From Amphiscolops sp. MND2022 (lineage: Eukaryota), in NCBI GenBank assembly GCA_964187785.1, contig OZ076409.1, forward strand, positions 54,872,001 through 54,936,000: 64,000 nucleotides of DNA, in the 5' to 3' direction. Below, in pieces: positions 22,501 through 35,300 of this stretch (the stretch's first letter is position 1; each line of letters begins with the position of its first letter). The notes below the pieces were generated by a model. It ran no database searches. It was not told the DNA's origin and saw only the letters and a list, made by a program, of their open reading frames with translations. The position numbers and the translations under genes are program-made.

Positions 22501-24482
22501 AGTCCTTGTGCTAAGCGTCTGTAGGCAAACGTCCTGCTTGCGCAGTTAAACGCCAGCATTTCAATGGATCTTTGATCTGCCATTTGTAAGCAGTGGTATG
22601 CTTGAGAGCAGTATAATTTGCAAAATAGCTTTTTACCAGCTAGGTGTTGAGCCGCATCTGACAAGGTGCTAACTGGATGGTTATTGTTGATGTAGTCATC
22701 TGAGATTAGTGCGTTTATTTTTCGCAGGTCGACAAGTAGACGCAATTTGCCATTTGGTTTCCTCTGTGCGAAAATTGGGCTTGCATACTTTGAAAATGGT
22801 AGGGTCGTTATTATGCCGTACCTGTGCATTAGCGCCAATTCGACTGTTAGGTCTTCTTTCAAATTGATTGGTACTGGCAGACTTTGCGTGTAAATCGGAC
22901 GCTCGTCTTTCGGAGTTAATTTGACTTTGAAGCTATTGTTGATTCCAATGTCAAGGCGATGACGCGCAAAAATGTCGTTGTATTCGATTATTGTTTGTTC
23001 AAGTTGCTTCCTGTCATTGCCTTCGATTTGGGAGCCTTCCCACTGGAACATGTCAAGGAATTTTTGTCTTGATTCTGGGTCTTTGGTTGGATCTAAGTTT
23101 TCCTTTTGGATGAGTTCACGGATTTCCTTCAAGATCCGACGTTGGATTGGCGTATGTTCTTCTTCGTTCCCTGGATTCTCGGGTGTGGGGAACCAGAGGT
23201 TTTCATCGCTTTGTTCATGTTCATTTGATTTCATAAGTTCGTTGATGTACATGTGTGTGTCATCAGGATCTTCTAACAATTTGAGTGCGGCGGCGTCAAC
23301 TGGTCGTATTTGTTTCGTGTCCTCAGGTTTGAGGATTTGTAGTTCTGCCAGCTTTGTATGATTCTTTATTGTATGTGGGAAATCCGTTAGGTTGGCGATT
23401 CTGATGTTGAGCCTTTTGTTATGGGCTGTCGCCAGAGCTGGTGCAACAATGATTGTTGCTGTTTCATCAAATTGTGGTAGTGGTTGTACCGCACCAGTGA
23501 CGTCATGCATGTTTGTGGTTATGCCTATTGCGTTTACTGTTGTTGTCTGTTGAGGCGGCAGTGTCTGATGTCCTTCTGCCATTATTTGAAGCGGTTTTGG
23601 GTTGCATTTTTTCATTTCGTCTGTCATGGCTAACGTCATTTCGACGTGCGGGAAATTGATCGTCCCGTTGGCAGTGTCGATCACTGCTTGGTGATTTCTC
23701 ATGAAGTTTAATCCTATGATAGGGAATGACGTTCTCGATAAGATGACGAAGGTATCTGTGAAAGTGTATGTCCCGATATTAAACTGAATATCCGCAGTGG
23801 CTATTGGTTGTTCTAGTTGTGCGTTTGCGCATTCAATTTTGAAAGGAGGTTGTGGGTATTCTTTTATGACACAACTATCGGTATTCATCTTGATGGCATT
23901 ATAGTCTGACCAGGACATAGCATTGATGAACGCACCTGAGTCGACAAGTCCGTCCATGGTGATTTCTCCGAATTCGAGTGGTAAATAGAGCATTCTTCTC
24001 TTTTTCTTTAGGACTATAGTCGAGTGGAGTGGTAAGTACGTCTCTCCATCTTTTTCGGTAACATACTCTTTGATAGAGTTAAGAGATGTGGGGAAATCCT
24101 CTGGGAAGATAGGTACTTGGGTGGAGCCGTGGGTATCTTCCTTTGTCTGTGTTGACGATGGTTGGTCGTTGAGGGCGTTTTCGGTTTGTTCTGTTTGGGT
24201 TATGGTGGATTGTGTTGTATTGGTGAGGGGTGGCTGGATGAGAAGATTTGGGTGTTGTTTGTGGTCGTCTCCATGATCCTCATCTTGTGTCAGTTCCTTT
24301 TCGGTTTGTATGAGGGGTCTTCGTAGGGAAGCGAGTGCCTGACGTCTCAGCCAGTCCTCTGTTGGAGTTCCATCGCATTCTATAGTTGTTTCGTTGGTGT
24401 ATGTAGTAGGGGGATCATTTGGTGAATACGCCCTCGCGTCTACTGTTTCCCCGAAGCGCAGGTGCGGCGTATCTAGTTTTTT
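19509..24482 (-). pseudogene. pol: pol polyprotein (protease, RT, RNase H, integrase), reached by a -1 frameshift, with in-frame stops
   Basis: LVDSGA, YVDD, TDAS...DNR..ADFLSR, HHCC, EID...SDKG, GPY motif; same-frame stops at 21129, 20664 and 20565; RT motif A Asp appears as Tyr (KLYCSQAY). Confidence 0.95.
24425..24482 (-). promoter_or_regulatory. -1 programmed ribosomal frameshift signal
   Basis: A_AAA_AAC (24482-24476) just before the gag TAG, followed by an ATACGCC...GGCGTAT stem; the -1 frame is open from there into pol. Confidence 0.85.
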
Positions 24483-25909
24483 GATTCAATGACAGAGTTA
24501 GCTGTCGTTGGTTGGACGGGAACGTCCCTTTTTGATTCCGGGTAATTGTGACGCTTAGGTCGTGGATCGTTGGCAGAGTTGGCTCCGTACCAACAATCTT
24601 CCGTTTTGTGAGGTTTGCCGCCTGTGTCGCATTTAAGCGATTTGCCTGCACTAGAGTTGGTTTGACCATTGTTCTTCCTGATCTGCATCCATTTATCTCT
24701 CTTCATTTTCCTACATTCCGCTTTGTAGTGTCCAAATTTGTTGCAGTAGAAGCAATATCCCTTTTTGACATTTTGCGTCGTGCTTTCGACTTGTTTGGGT
24801 TCAGTTTTTGTTGGGGCCGGTTCTACTTTATTTAGTGGTACCAGTGTTACTTCATCTGGCGCCCCAAGGCCGTTAAGCCTCATTTCTCTTTCCAAGTGTA
24901 GCACAATGTCATTATATGGCTTGTCTTCGAGATACGCCCTGTTTAGTATCTTTTTTACATGATCTGGCATTTTTGCGTATATTGCCTTGTCAATGAATTG
25001 TTGGGCTTCAGATCCGAAGGCTTCTTTGGCCGTTTTTTGAAGTACGTCTAGAAATGCATGGAGTTTCTGGTTCGAGGGGTCAAATCTGAGCGCATCCCAT
25101 TCGCATCTTGCTTTAGCCGTAGACAGGTAGTCCCCGAAACGTCGTTTGAATATCGTCATTATTTCGTCAAGGGAATCTTTTTTCGTGTCTTCTATATTGC
25201 AAAACGCCTGGAGGGCGTCTCCTCTGAGTAGCGAGTGGAAATAGTTAATTTTCTGTATTTCCGTGAGATGGGGATACATTTTTATGTTGTTGCGGAAAAG
25301 ATCTTTGAATAATTCAAATTTTTCCGATTTCCCGTCGAACGTTGGGAGAGATGCCGTTAGTGCCTTTGGCATGGGCAGCGTTGTGCTGTCACCTTTTTCC
25401 GATGTAAACAGGGTCCTTGCCACAACTGGACGTTCTTTTGACGTTGGCTGACTTTGGGACCGGGCCTTCGTTCTTTTTGGCTGGTTAGTGGAGTCGGTTA
25501 AAACTCCTGTCACCATGTTACGACATGCTATCGAGTCGTTTTGAGTTGAACTTATCCTCACTGACTTTGTAGGGGTATAAAAGTTTCTAGTCTCCTCTTC
25601 TACTTCTTCCTCAGTATTCTCCCTGATGCTTCCCCTTGTTTCAGGTTTTAGTAGTTTCAACATCTCTCTCTGGGATTCGGCAAGAAGAGTCTTAATTTCT
25701 GATGTTATCTCATCTTTCAAGGATGCCCTTAAACTCTCCAAGAAACTATTTTCAATTCGAGGAGATTTTGGTCTGGAAGGACCCGACAAGTCTACGTCCT
25801 GGTTTGAAGAACACGGATTTTCTACCACTATCGGTGAAATAAAACCTTCACTTACGTCCTTGTCGCCTTGTTGCTCATTCCTTCTTTTCTGGCTTCTAGT
25901 TGTAGACAT
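24473..25909 (-). CDS. gag: Gag, 478 aa, initiating inside the 5' LTR
   Basis: PTFDG capsid-like motif, CFYCNKFGHYKAEC zinc knuckle, second degenerate knuckle CDTGGKPHKTEDC. Confidence 0.95.
   Translation of the reverse strand: MSTTRSQKRRNEQQGDKDVSEGFISPIVVENPCSSNQDVDLSGPSRPKSPRIENSFLESLRASLKDEITSEIKTLLAESQREMLKLLKPETRGSIRENTEEEVEEETRNFYTPTKSVRISSTQNDSIACRNMVTGVLTDSTNQPKRTKARSQSQPTSKERPVVARTLFTSEKGDSTTLPMPKALTASLPTFDGKSEKFELFKDLFRNNIKMYPHLTEIQKINYFHSLLRGDALQAFCNIEDTKKDSLDEIMTIFKRRFGDYLSTAKARCEWDALRFDPSNQKLHAFLDVLQKTAKEAFGSEAQQFIDKAIYAKMPDHVKKILNRAYLEDKPYNDIVLHLEREMRLNGLGAPDEVTLVPLNKVEPAPTKTEPKQVESTTQNVKKGYCFYCNKFGHYKAECRKMKRDKWMQIRKNNGQTNSSAGKSLKCDTGGKPHKTEDCWYGANSANDPRPKRHNYPESKRDVPVQPTTANSVIESKN
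25503..25515 (-). promoter_or_regulatory. Primer binding site TGGTGACAGGAGT (tRNA-Leu-like)
   Basis: Begins with TGG immediately after the LTR end; resembles the tRNA-Leu 3' complement TGGTGTCAGGAGT. Confidence 0.7.
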
Positions 25910-28002
25910 TTTGAAGAAAAGCTTTATCTTGAAGAATTGATTTTTCCAAAGATAATTTCCAACAAAGTTAACTGAGATTAGAGTTTAGCGAAATTGAGAA
26001 TTCAACTGAATTAAACAATTGCAAAAGACTGAGTCCCTGAGTCAATGAAAATCATCCTATATATACCCTCCTAGCATCATTTGATCACGATTAAAATCCT
26101 AATCTTCCTCGACCAATTAGTCATTTCCTGTATTTTCGATGAAAAAATCATTTTGTTCCCAATTTTACGTCGATAACTCGTCAATTTTTGAGACACGACA
26201 ATTTCAATCTAGCATTAGTCATCAACCACGATCATATCATTTCAGCTCGGCGTCCTTTGCTTTCCTCCCAAGCAGGAAGTAGATATTACTTCAGTCTGTC
26301 AAACCGGAAATGATTCCCTGTTTTACTGCTTTGGTTCGTAGGAAAATGACGCGGAGATGACGCTGACGTGAACAACTAATACCTGATTTTGAATTTTTAC
26401 TTGAAGGAAATGCTATGACTAATGTTTTCAGCTTTGGAATTTCCAATGATGCTAGGAAAAGTAAAGACAAAGCTATGGAATTAGCTTCAATTTTTGAGTT
26501 GAATTCCCACTTCAGATAAATAGTAATTAAACCAAATTAACGTAACACCAACGTTTACATTAGAAAACTAGAATGATTTGGCAACAGCTCTTGGCTTCTT
26601 CAAAATTGGCTGAAAAGGTGGACGGAGCTATGACGTGTTAAAATCAAAGGTATTAACGAGTATGAATTTCATAATTGAATTCATTCATACTCGAGTTTAA
26701 ACTTTGACGTCTTAACGTCGTTGGATCGAACTAATAAAAGTGAAACAGTCAGTTGCCAAAAGTGGTATGAAAATGATCACAATGAGATGTATAAAAACAA
26801 CAACAAGCACAGTTATATTGGGGGAAAACACGAATATGAATATTACAAAAATATGACCTCATTATTAAAATATAATCTTTGCTGGTTCATAGCCCATAAT
26901 TTTTCAGATACGTCAGATTGACGTCAGGTTACACACAATCATATTTATGGTCTGCTTCAAACAGCATAAAATGTACATTAATAGCATTCCCCTTTTTGGA
27001 ATAAACTGTGACTTTAATTATGAAGAACATGGAAATCCTAATCGGGTCATTTTACAATGTGATTCCAAAAGATTAGTATTTTTATTGACGGGAACAGGAC
27101 GTAAATTATCAAGTTTTATCCTTAACCTCGTAGAGTTCTAAAACATCTTTAAACGTTTCTTTTCCGTCAAATCCGACATATTAATATTCATTCCACTGAA
27201 TTGGATGGATTAAACCAACTATTTTGATGGATTTCGGACGTAACGTGGACGTACGTATTAAGATTGGCTATAGACCACCGGTATTGGACGTAATGCGGAC
27301 GTAAATTTGAAGTAAGAATTAGTCCGCGCCGAGAAGGCAATACCGTGACGTCACTATGGCGGAAAATTGGAATGATTTTAAGTAGTGTCACTAATATAGG
27401 CGGTAAATTGGAATGGTTCTCTAGTGAGCGCGGACGGAACGGTGACGTCACACTATATACTTTCAAGTCTGCTTCTTACCGACGTCTAATATACATGTAT
27501 TCTTTATTTTGTTTACCTAGCGCAGTGCCGACGTCCTAATCCGTACTAATTGCTGTTCAAAGTGCAATTAAGCCGCCTTTCTTAGAAAAGGAGTGTATAT
27601 TTCAGTGTGTCATCTCAATGTACTTTCTATTTTAGATCCAGATAATGTCCTTTTTCCAGTGGTGATTTTGGGTATGTTTTCGTTTAGATCGGTCTATGGT
27701 CTTTATTTCAAGACGTATACTTAATTAAGTTTTCAGGTGGCGAATGTTTCTATTTTGACGAGATGAAAACGTCCTGCCGGAAGTGTGTGAAATCATTTTT
27801 GCTCATTTTAGTTTCTGTCCTCATTTTCATTTAAACTTTGCGCACGTTAGACGTACTTTTAGTCACAGTTTATTCTAACATTAGTATGAAAGTTCAAGTC
27901 AGTAGCCAAAATACCTTTTCGAAAGTTTCGCTGTACAGCCGTGTCCTCGTCCGATCCCAATCCGTCTACATCCACAATCCAGTCCGGGAGCGGACTGTGA
28001 CA
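25516..28002 (-). repeat. 5' LTR of the large Gypsy element; TATA box at 26058-26065
   Basis: Near-identical to 11466-13952; TATATATA about 150 nt upstream of the gag ATG. Confidence 0.97.
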
Positions 28003-28126
28003 CCCGCCACAGTTGACGAACCGTGGTTGTTGCACTTCCGCCGAGGTCTGCTTCATCTCGCAGCGTCATGTTAACGATGAGTTCTGCTGATGAAGTGAAG
28101 CTTGGTGAAACGTTTTGTTGACAACA
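28003..28126 (-). mobile_element. 5' LTR end, PBS-like site and gag start of the old host Gypsy element
   Basis: 28069-28126 repeats 5043-5100; TGACGCTGCGAG then ATG (MKQTSAEVQQ...), which continues at 11465 across the TSD. Confidence 0.6.
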
Positions 28127-29489
28127 CTGTATTTTTCCATATAACCTCGATTAAAATTTTTTCAATGTCTCCAAATGGATCCCTTTCAATTTTTTTGATA
28201 TTTTGCAACAAGAAGGACGTTTAAAAACCCGAATGGTCCCCTTTTACAATTTCCGGCACTGGCACAATGATACTGTTAAAAGTTCTCAAATTTGTCTGAT
28301 ATTAGGTTTTCTCAATAAAAATCTACTGATGATAGGTTTCAATAAAATCCGAATTGAAAATTGGAGGTGGAGTTTAGAACAAATAGTATTTCCTAACTTT
28401 TGAAGATTTACTAAGGTTTTACTAAGGAGGAGGCAGACGTTTGAAACAAAAGCTTCCATTTGTCCCAGCACGCTACATCCGAACTTTGGACGTTATATCC
28501 GAAGTAATTTATGTTTTAGTGAGGAGGAGGCAGACGTTCGAAAAAAGCGCTCGCATTTGTCTCAGCACGCTACATCCCAATTTCTGAAGAGATTTCCGAG
28601 CACTAAAGGCACATTTTGGGTGATTCGAAACTTTCTTGCGAGTTTCCGAAAAACGACCTGAGCATCTTTCAAAAGATTGCAGTTTTTGAGATTTACAGAT
28701 AGCGCCGATTGTGACCGTTCCCGTCTTGTTATTTTTAGGGTTAATTCGAGAGCTCACCTCTCTCTCACACACCAGACTGAAATTGGCATTTTTATGTGAA
28801 ATCTGGCACACATTGAACTGGGGAACGTTGGGCAAAAACGTTTTACATAACATTTGCAGTGTCAGAACTACATAACTTTTGGTTAACGACAAATAAAGTT
28901 CCCAACAGTAAACATCACAAAACCGTTAAAAAGACCACCTTGAAAGTTGCGAAAAAATCACACAGTGCCAAAAAAGCCAAGAAATACTTTCGGTTTCCAA
29001 TGGGACGGAAAAATTAAAGGTTTTTTGGTAGACGTGCATGCAGTTGGATCTCACACTAGCTCCGTAAAAGATGGTTCACTAAGTTTCTCGAAAAAATGTA
29101 GCATTAAGACAGTAAAGCCGAAATACAACATGACTCGCCTTTCCGAAAGCCTGAAAAACTAAGCTCAAGCGGGTTTTGAACCCTGGTCGTTGACGTGGAA
29201 GGTCTCACAACCATGCGGAAGAACAGACAGGGAATTAATGTTTAACAAACCCACACTAAATGTGTTAGATATGTTCTATTTTCGGTAATGTTGTACATTT
29301 TAGTTTATACGTTTGTATAATTTGTGATAAAGAAAAAGAAGTGTACAGTCAAATATATTGAAACGTACCACTTTTTTCAACCTAGATTCAGATATCTCAA
29401 TATGGCGCAGTAAGTAAAATTGAAGTTTTATTATTGCAAAAAATATCTTACCGACAAAGATAATAAATCGGACAATCACGAACAACAAA

Positions 29490-31580
29490 AAATTACCATA
29501 CTCGGAAGACACCGGACTAGATTTGAAGAAATTAAACACAGAGAAAGAAAGGACCAAAAGATTCCGGCACTACATAAGACGAACCCAGGGCACCGATAAT
29601 AAATAATTACTAACGGACGAAATAACACCAACCGGCGAAAGAATAGACTAACTTGAACCAGAAATCAGACGAGAACCCATCTGGGCGCATGGCCATCAGC
29701 ATTTGAAATCACAAAAAGTTAGTTTATTATGGACCCGGACACAATCAAACTCGGAAGAGTATTACAACTATTACGTGAATACTTTGTGCAGAACAAACAC
29801 CTACCACAGCTGCAGCGATTTCTCCTGGGCAAACCATGAAGACAATGACACAGCCGAAAAACATTAGGAAAAAAAATGGAAAAAGAACTGCGATTCCAAG
29901 GAAATGAAGCAAGAAGACCTACTTATATCAAAATTTATCATCAAAAGTATAACTAACAAAATCTCCGGGAAAAACTAGTCCGTGGAAAACCTTGAAGATC
30001 AAAACAACAGTAGAACTCTTTACCTATAACGTCATAAACGGTCTTACATTCCACCCTCACTTACCAAAGACAAAAAGATAACAAAAGAACTGATACCAAA
30101 AAGTACAAACAAGACAAATCGAAAACACCCAACAAGGAGAGCGAAAAACAACAAGCACAAAATTCCGACACAAAACAAGAACAACTGCGGGTTTTGCGGA
30201 CAAGAAAACTGCACACCCCATCATGTCTGTTCAGCAAAACCGGTGATATGTAACAACTGCCGCAACTGCCAGAAACTAGGGCACTTTGCACGGCTAGGTC
30301 GAAGTAAACCAAATAACAACGACACAAAAAGAATCAATTTTCTAGAAGTTACCATCATGTCGAACAACGCAGCTCTATACACCACAAGAAAAACACAACC
30401 ACTGAAAGAAAGATATCAGGATGTGAGCAAAAACACAATCAAATTTGCGGGGACGAAAGGGGAAAATTTTTTGTGGTGAACACGGAATAGAACAACATAT
30501 CGACAAAAAACCATTGCTAATAACACCACTAATATTACACCCCTATTGGGATGAAACTGGTTGAAACAGCAACCCATCACCATATAAAATTTTCATTGGA
30601 CAACTAAACGGGCCAACCAGAGATCATCTAATAAAAATTCCGAAAACTCTTTGAAACAAACCAAGAAAACAAAACGCTGTAGTAAAAATGGAAGTAAAAC
30701 AGGATACTACCCAATACATAAACAAGACAATACCGGGGCATATACAAGATGACGTATAGAATTAACTAGAACAGTTAAGCATATCCGGCCACCAGGAGAG
30801 ACAGGAAACAATCGTAGAAGATTGTTTCTTACTTCCTGACGTCATAAACAGTCTTACATTCCACCCTCACTTACCAAAGACAAAAAGATAACAAAAGAAC
30901 TGATACCAAAAAGTACAAACAAAACAAATCGGAAACACCCAACAAGGTGAGCAAAAAACAACAAGCACAAAATTCCAACTTCCTGACGTCAGTCCGGTAT
31001 TACGGTTTAAAAAGTCTTATCTGTCAAATTCGCTTTAAAGGCCTGCAAATTGAACGAGAGCAGCATTAAGAAACGTCCACACACGCCGATCATTGATGAA
31101 CTGCGTAATCAAAGATGATCAGAATAATCAAGAAGGAACGTGGCTCAATCTGGATATCAGTGATAAATCTAAACTGCGACTACGAACTAACGAAATTAGC
31201 ACCGGGATCAAGCAAATACTGCATTTTTGTTGACACGGGAGAAAATGTCAACTGAAATTACCACTTCCTATTGTGACTCTATGGTCCCGCCGACATACCC
31301 AAAAAATTTCCGAAGAAAATAGACCGCGCACTCGACCTTCAAACCTTTCTTTGGCTAGATGACAAAATTATCGCAACACGCAGAACGAAAGAACAACACC
31401 CCAAAAACCTGCAATCCTTGTCAACAAAATCAGGAGACGAGCAGAAAAAAGTTAAATCTCCCACGCAAAAACCGGAATGGCTGCAACACATAATTTCACA
31501 AGATGGAAATAGAACAGACAAAAGAATGCCCGACGCAGTCATTAGGCTAAACCACCGGACAAACTCTAAAAAGTTTCCGA
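29490..31580 (+). pseudogene. Heavily decayed Gypsy gag-pol (continues at about 39680-40180); internal duplication of 30030-30167 at 30840-30977
   Basis: CRNCQKLGHFAR knuckle-like motif, RT remnants (WLDD-like near 31350), many frameshifts. Confidence 0.6.
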
Positions 31581-31589
31581 TTAAACAAT

Positions 31590-32300
31590 TGGCTCCCGCA
31601 AAGAAGCATCAAAATCGACTGAAGAATACTTCGACAGTGTCGGGTGAAAAGTGCAAAACAAGTACTGATGATGGATTGCAGTGGATTGCTTATGATACAT
31701 GCCTTAGTTGGTTTCATGGAAGTTGTTCTGGACTACCTTTAAGATGCATCCATCTCTTCAAAGATACGCATATTTTTGTCATTTTGATTTATGTCTTACG
31801 GAAAATGAGAAATGGGGAGTTATTGCAACCGTCTGAATTTTTTTTCTAGAAGAGATTTTTGATATACAGTGTCTCAAATATCCCAGAACCTTTCAAAGAG
31901 CATGCCTCTTTGCCTGCAAAAAAAATCTACATTTAGACGAAAGTGTACACATTGTGATCAATGGAATTCCAGAAAATTCCGGAAAGTACTTCGAACAATT
32001 TGATTCAGACTCAAACGCTATTTCAGAGGTTTTCGCTTATCTCAACGAAAATCCTGACGGAAATGTAGTTTCAATAAGATTAGGGAAGTTCAACAAAAAA
32101 ATATTTGATCAAAAGAAGCTATGCAGGTCCACTCGTCTGTTGCAGAAATATGTGTTTTGTGAAAAATTATTTTGCAAAAAGCAAAAGATTAGAAATCTTC
32201 CGGTACCAATTCATCTGAAAAAATACTGGTCACCAACTGACAAGGCGACTGATAAAAAAATTTCAGCTTTTCGTCCAGCAAAAATAGCTAAAGGATAATA
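31590..32300 (+). pseudogene. ORF1 remnant (PHD finger) of an outer CR1/L2-group LINE
   Basis: WIAYDTCLSWFHGSCSGL PHD-like motif; VINGIPE...IRLGK ORF1 motifs. Confidence 0.65.
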
Positions 32301-32379
32301 AAATCAATTGACTGGGCTGTCTTGTCAGTCACTTCGATTATTTCACACGCGCTCCAGTTTGCATAAACACATGCATAGC

Positions 32380-35300
32380 TAGCGTACAGTCAGTTCTTAT
32401 CGCTGCAAAGATTACGTAATACGATTCAACGCGTTCAAAACAATGACTACACAAACGCTTCAAAAACTAAACTCGCTTGATTTTACTGATGGAAATTCTG
32501 TTCGATCCTTATTTCAAGAATTGAGACAACTTTTTGATAATCAAAAAGACGAGATTACTAAATTACGAATTGATTATGATGAACTTAAAAACGAAAAGGA
32601 CGAACTGGGAAAAAGTATACCGCAAGTGGAACGATACTCTTCTTATATGTGTCTGACATTCCATGGCATTCGAGATGGTGATGAGTACCCGGTACATACA
32701 ATTGTGGAAATCATCAGGTCAGTTAATATTCCAATCGAGCCTTGTGATATTGCAGCATGTCATTATCTTCCTGGTGATTGGAGAAACAAAAACCAATTAT
32801 TGTTAAATTTCTTTACAATCATCAACGTAATAAAGTTTGGGAACAACGTAATCCTTTTCTTGATCCCCAAACAAAGGCAATTATTTATGTCAACGAAAGG
32901 CTTGCTGAAAATGATCGCGACGTTTAGAACTACTGTAGAGAAGAAAAACACTTCAAAACAGCTACTCACAAAAATCAAGTACGAGTGGAGGTTTCGGAAC
33001 ATGATAAAACATGGAACCCGGTGGACAGCCGTATACAAGCTGATGCTATTGGGATCAAAATGGTCTCCTCAAGCGAGCTCACTGAGTGAGACATGGAACA
33101 TTATCCCACTAACGAAGTAAACATGGATGAAAAAAACACAGGCCAAACGAAATCGACACGTTGCATTTAATTCTCCCTCATATGAGAAATATCCAGATCA
33201 AAGTGACAAGCTGGATAAATTATTCAATCTCACTGAGAAACTTTATACGTTACTTGTAGAGAAACAGTCGCCGCCATCAAAAAAAGCTGCAAACGAAGAC
33301 GAACGCAATAAAATGTCAAATGGAAGCAGTGATTGAGAATATTGAAACAAAAATTCTGAATTGTCAGCGTTTCCTTTTCATGATGAAGCACCAAAACGAT
33401 CAACCATTTTAGGCCTAAACCTTCAATCTTTGAGATTCCTTCAACCTGACTTAGCTTTGCTTCTCGACACGATGACAAGTAAATCTGTCATTATATTATT
33501 AACAACAACTTGGGTGACTGAAAATGACCCTATAGATAAGTTGAACATCAAAAGCTATCAACCTTTTGAATCAAAACCTGGAACTTTTTCTAAACGAAGG
33601 TCGGGCGGTGTAGGAGCATATTTTTCAGAGGAATGTGAATATCAGTCGATCGATTTTGAAACTGTTATCGAATGCGCAATATACCAAATCACATTTTATG
33701 ATAAAAAGATGGTTTTTTTGTAATTCATATAGACCCGAGACAGTCAGACTAGCCAGATTTTTCTAGGAATTGGAGAAACTAGTGTATTTCTTAAGTTCAA
33801 TGAACTAGGAATATTTAATTTTCGGAGATTTCAACAACGACACACTGAAAGACGAGAAAGTTCAACAAGATTACACAAACCTGATAAGGGCTTATAATCT
33901 AGGAATAAGAATTTTCGAGTCAACACGGGTAACACCGACGTCAAAAACGTGTATCGAATAAAATAAACTGAAACCTTGCAAACAACGATAAGCGATCAAT
34001 CACGATTTCCGCTCAAGTATCTCATAATTTAGTAAACGAACAACATGATCCACCATGTGCTAAATTTCGGAATTTAAAAATTCTTAAAGGGGAAAAGGCA
34101 CTAATTGTCTCTTTCTTCTCGATCAAACGTTGAAACAACTCCCACAACATATGAATGCAAATGATTACATGGACGCATTGGCAAAATTAATTATGGAAAC
34201 AGTAGATAAATTTGCACCTGAAAAGCGTGCTGAGAATAATAAAAAAAAACATTTAAGGGAGACTCGGATCACTAACGAAATCGAGAAAGCAATTGTAAAA
34301 GGGAATAATTTGTTGAAAAAATGGATTCAAAATCCCGCAAAAATGAATCACGAACGATACCAAAATGTACGTATTAATGTTATCAATTTAATCCAAAAAG
34401 AAAAACGAAACGAAAATTTCCAAAAACTGGGGTAAAATCCAACACCCAAACAAATCTACAAAACGTTGGAAACGAAGAAAAATCAGGCATAAAACACAAA
34501 CAATCTCCCTGACGTTGAAATTTTAAATAACTATTTTTCTTTCTGTCGGGTCACTTTTGTCCGGAAAATTCAAGAAACATCTTCAACTTTGCCTATTGAA
34601 ATGCAACCAAAGACTATGCTCTTTAGCGAAACCAATGAACAGGAGATTTCCAAGATCTTATGCAAAATGAAAAACAAGAAGAGTGCTGGTTATGATGGAA
34701 TCTCAAACTAAATTTTGAAATGTTGTTCTCCCATCATTGAATGCTATCTTGCAAAAGCCGTAAACAAATGCATAACAGAAGAAATTTTTCCCGAATGTTT
34801 GAAAGTATCGAAGGTCATTCCTTGGTACAAGAAAGGTGATAAAAAATAGCCTAGAAACTACAGACCTATCAGTTTATTAGGCCCTTTGAGCAAAATTTGT
34901 GAATCTGTTCTCCTTAAGAAGATGTTAGGCTTCAGTGAAAAGTGTAAATCTTTAAATCAGTTCGGTTTCAGACTTAAAAAGTCATGTACCCACGCGATCG
35001 CAAAATTAATGAATATATCAGAGATTCAATTGACAGAAAGGAAACAGGACAAGCCTGCTTCGTCGATTTGAGTAAAGCATTTGACACGGTTGATCATACA
35101 ATTTTATTACGCAAACTGGAAAAATATGGTTTCAGAGGAAAACTTTTCAACCTAATTGAAACTTTTTTAATCAACCAATTACAATACATTGACTCTCTTG
35201 AAAACACATCAAAGAAAGGTAAAGTTTTATGTGGTGTTCCACAAGGATCAGTGCTAGGCCCTTTTCTTTTTCTACTATACAATATTGACCCAGACAATGC

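Larger units (their letters stand above)
11466..28002 (-). mobile_element. Full-length 16.5-kb Ty3/Gypsy LTR retrotransposon with extra cargo genes
   Basis: Two 2487-bp LTRs (TGTTA...TGACA), 5-bp TSD CCCGC at 11461-11465 and 28003-28007, PBS, domain order gag-PR-RT-RH-IN. Confidence 0.97.
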
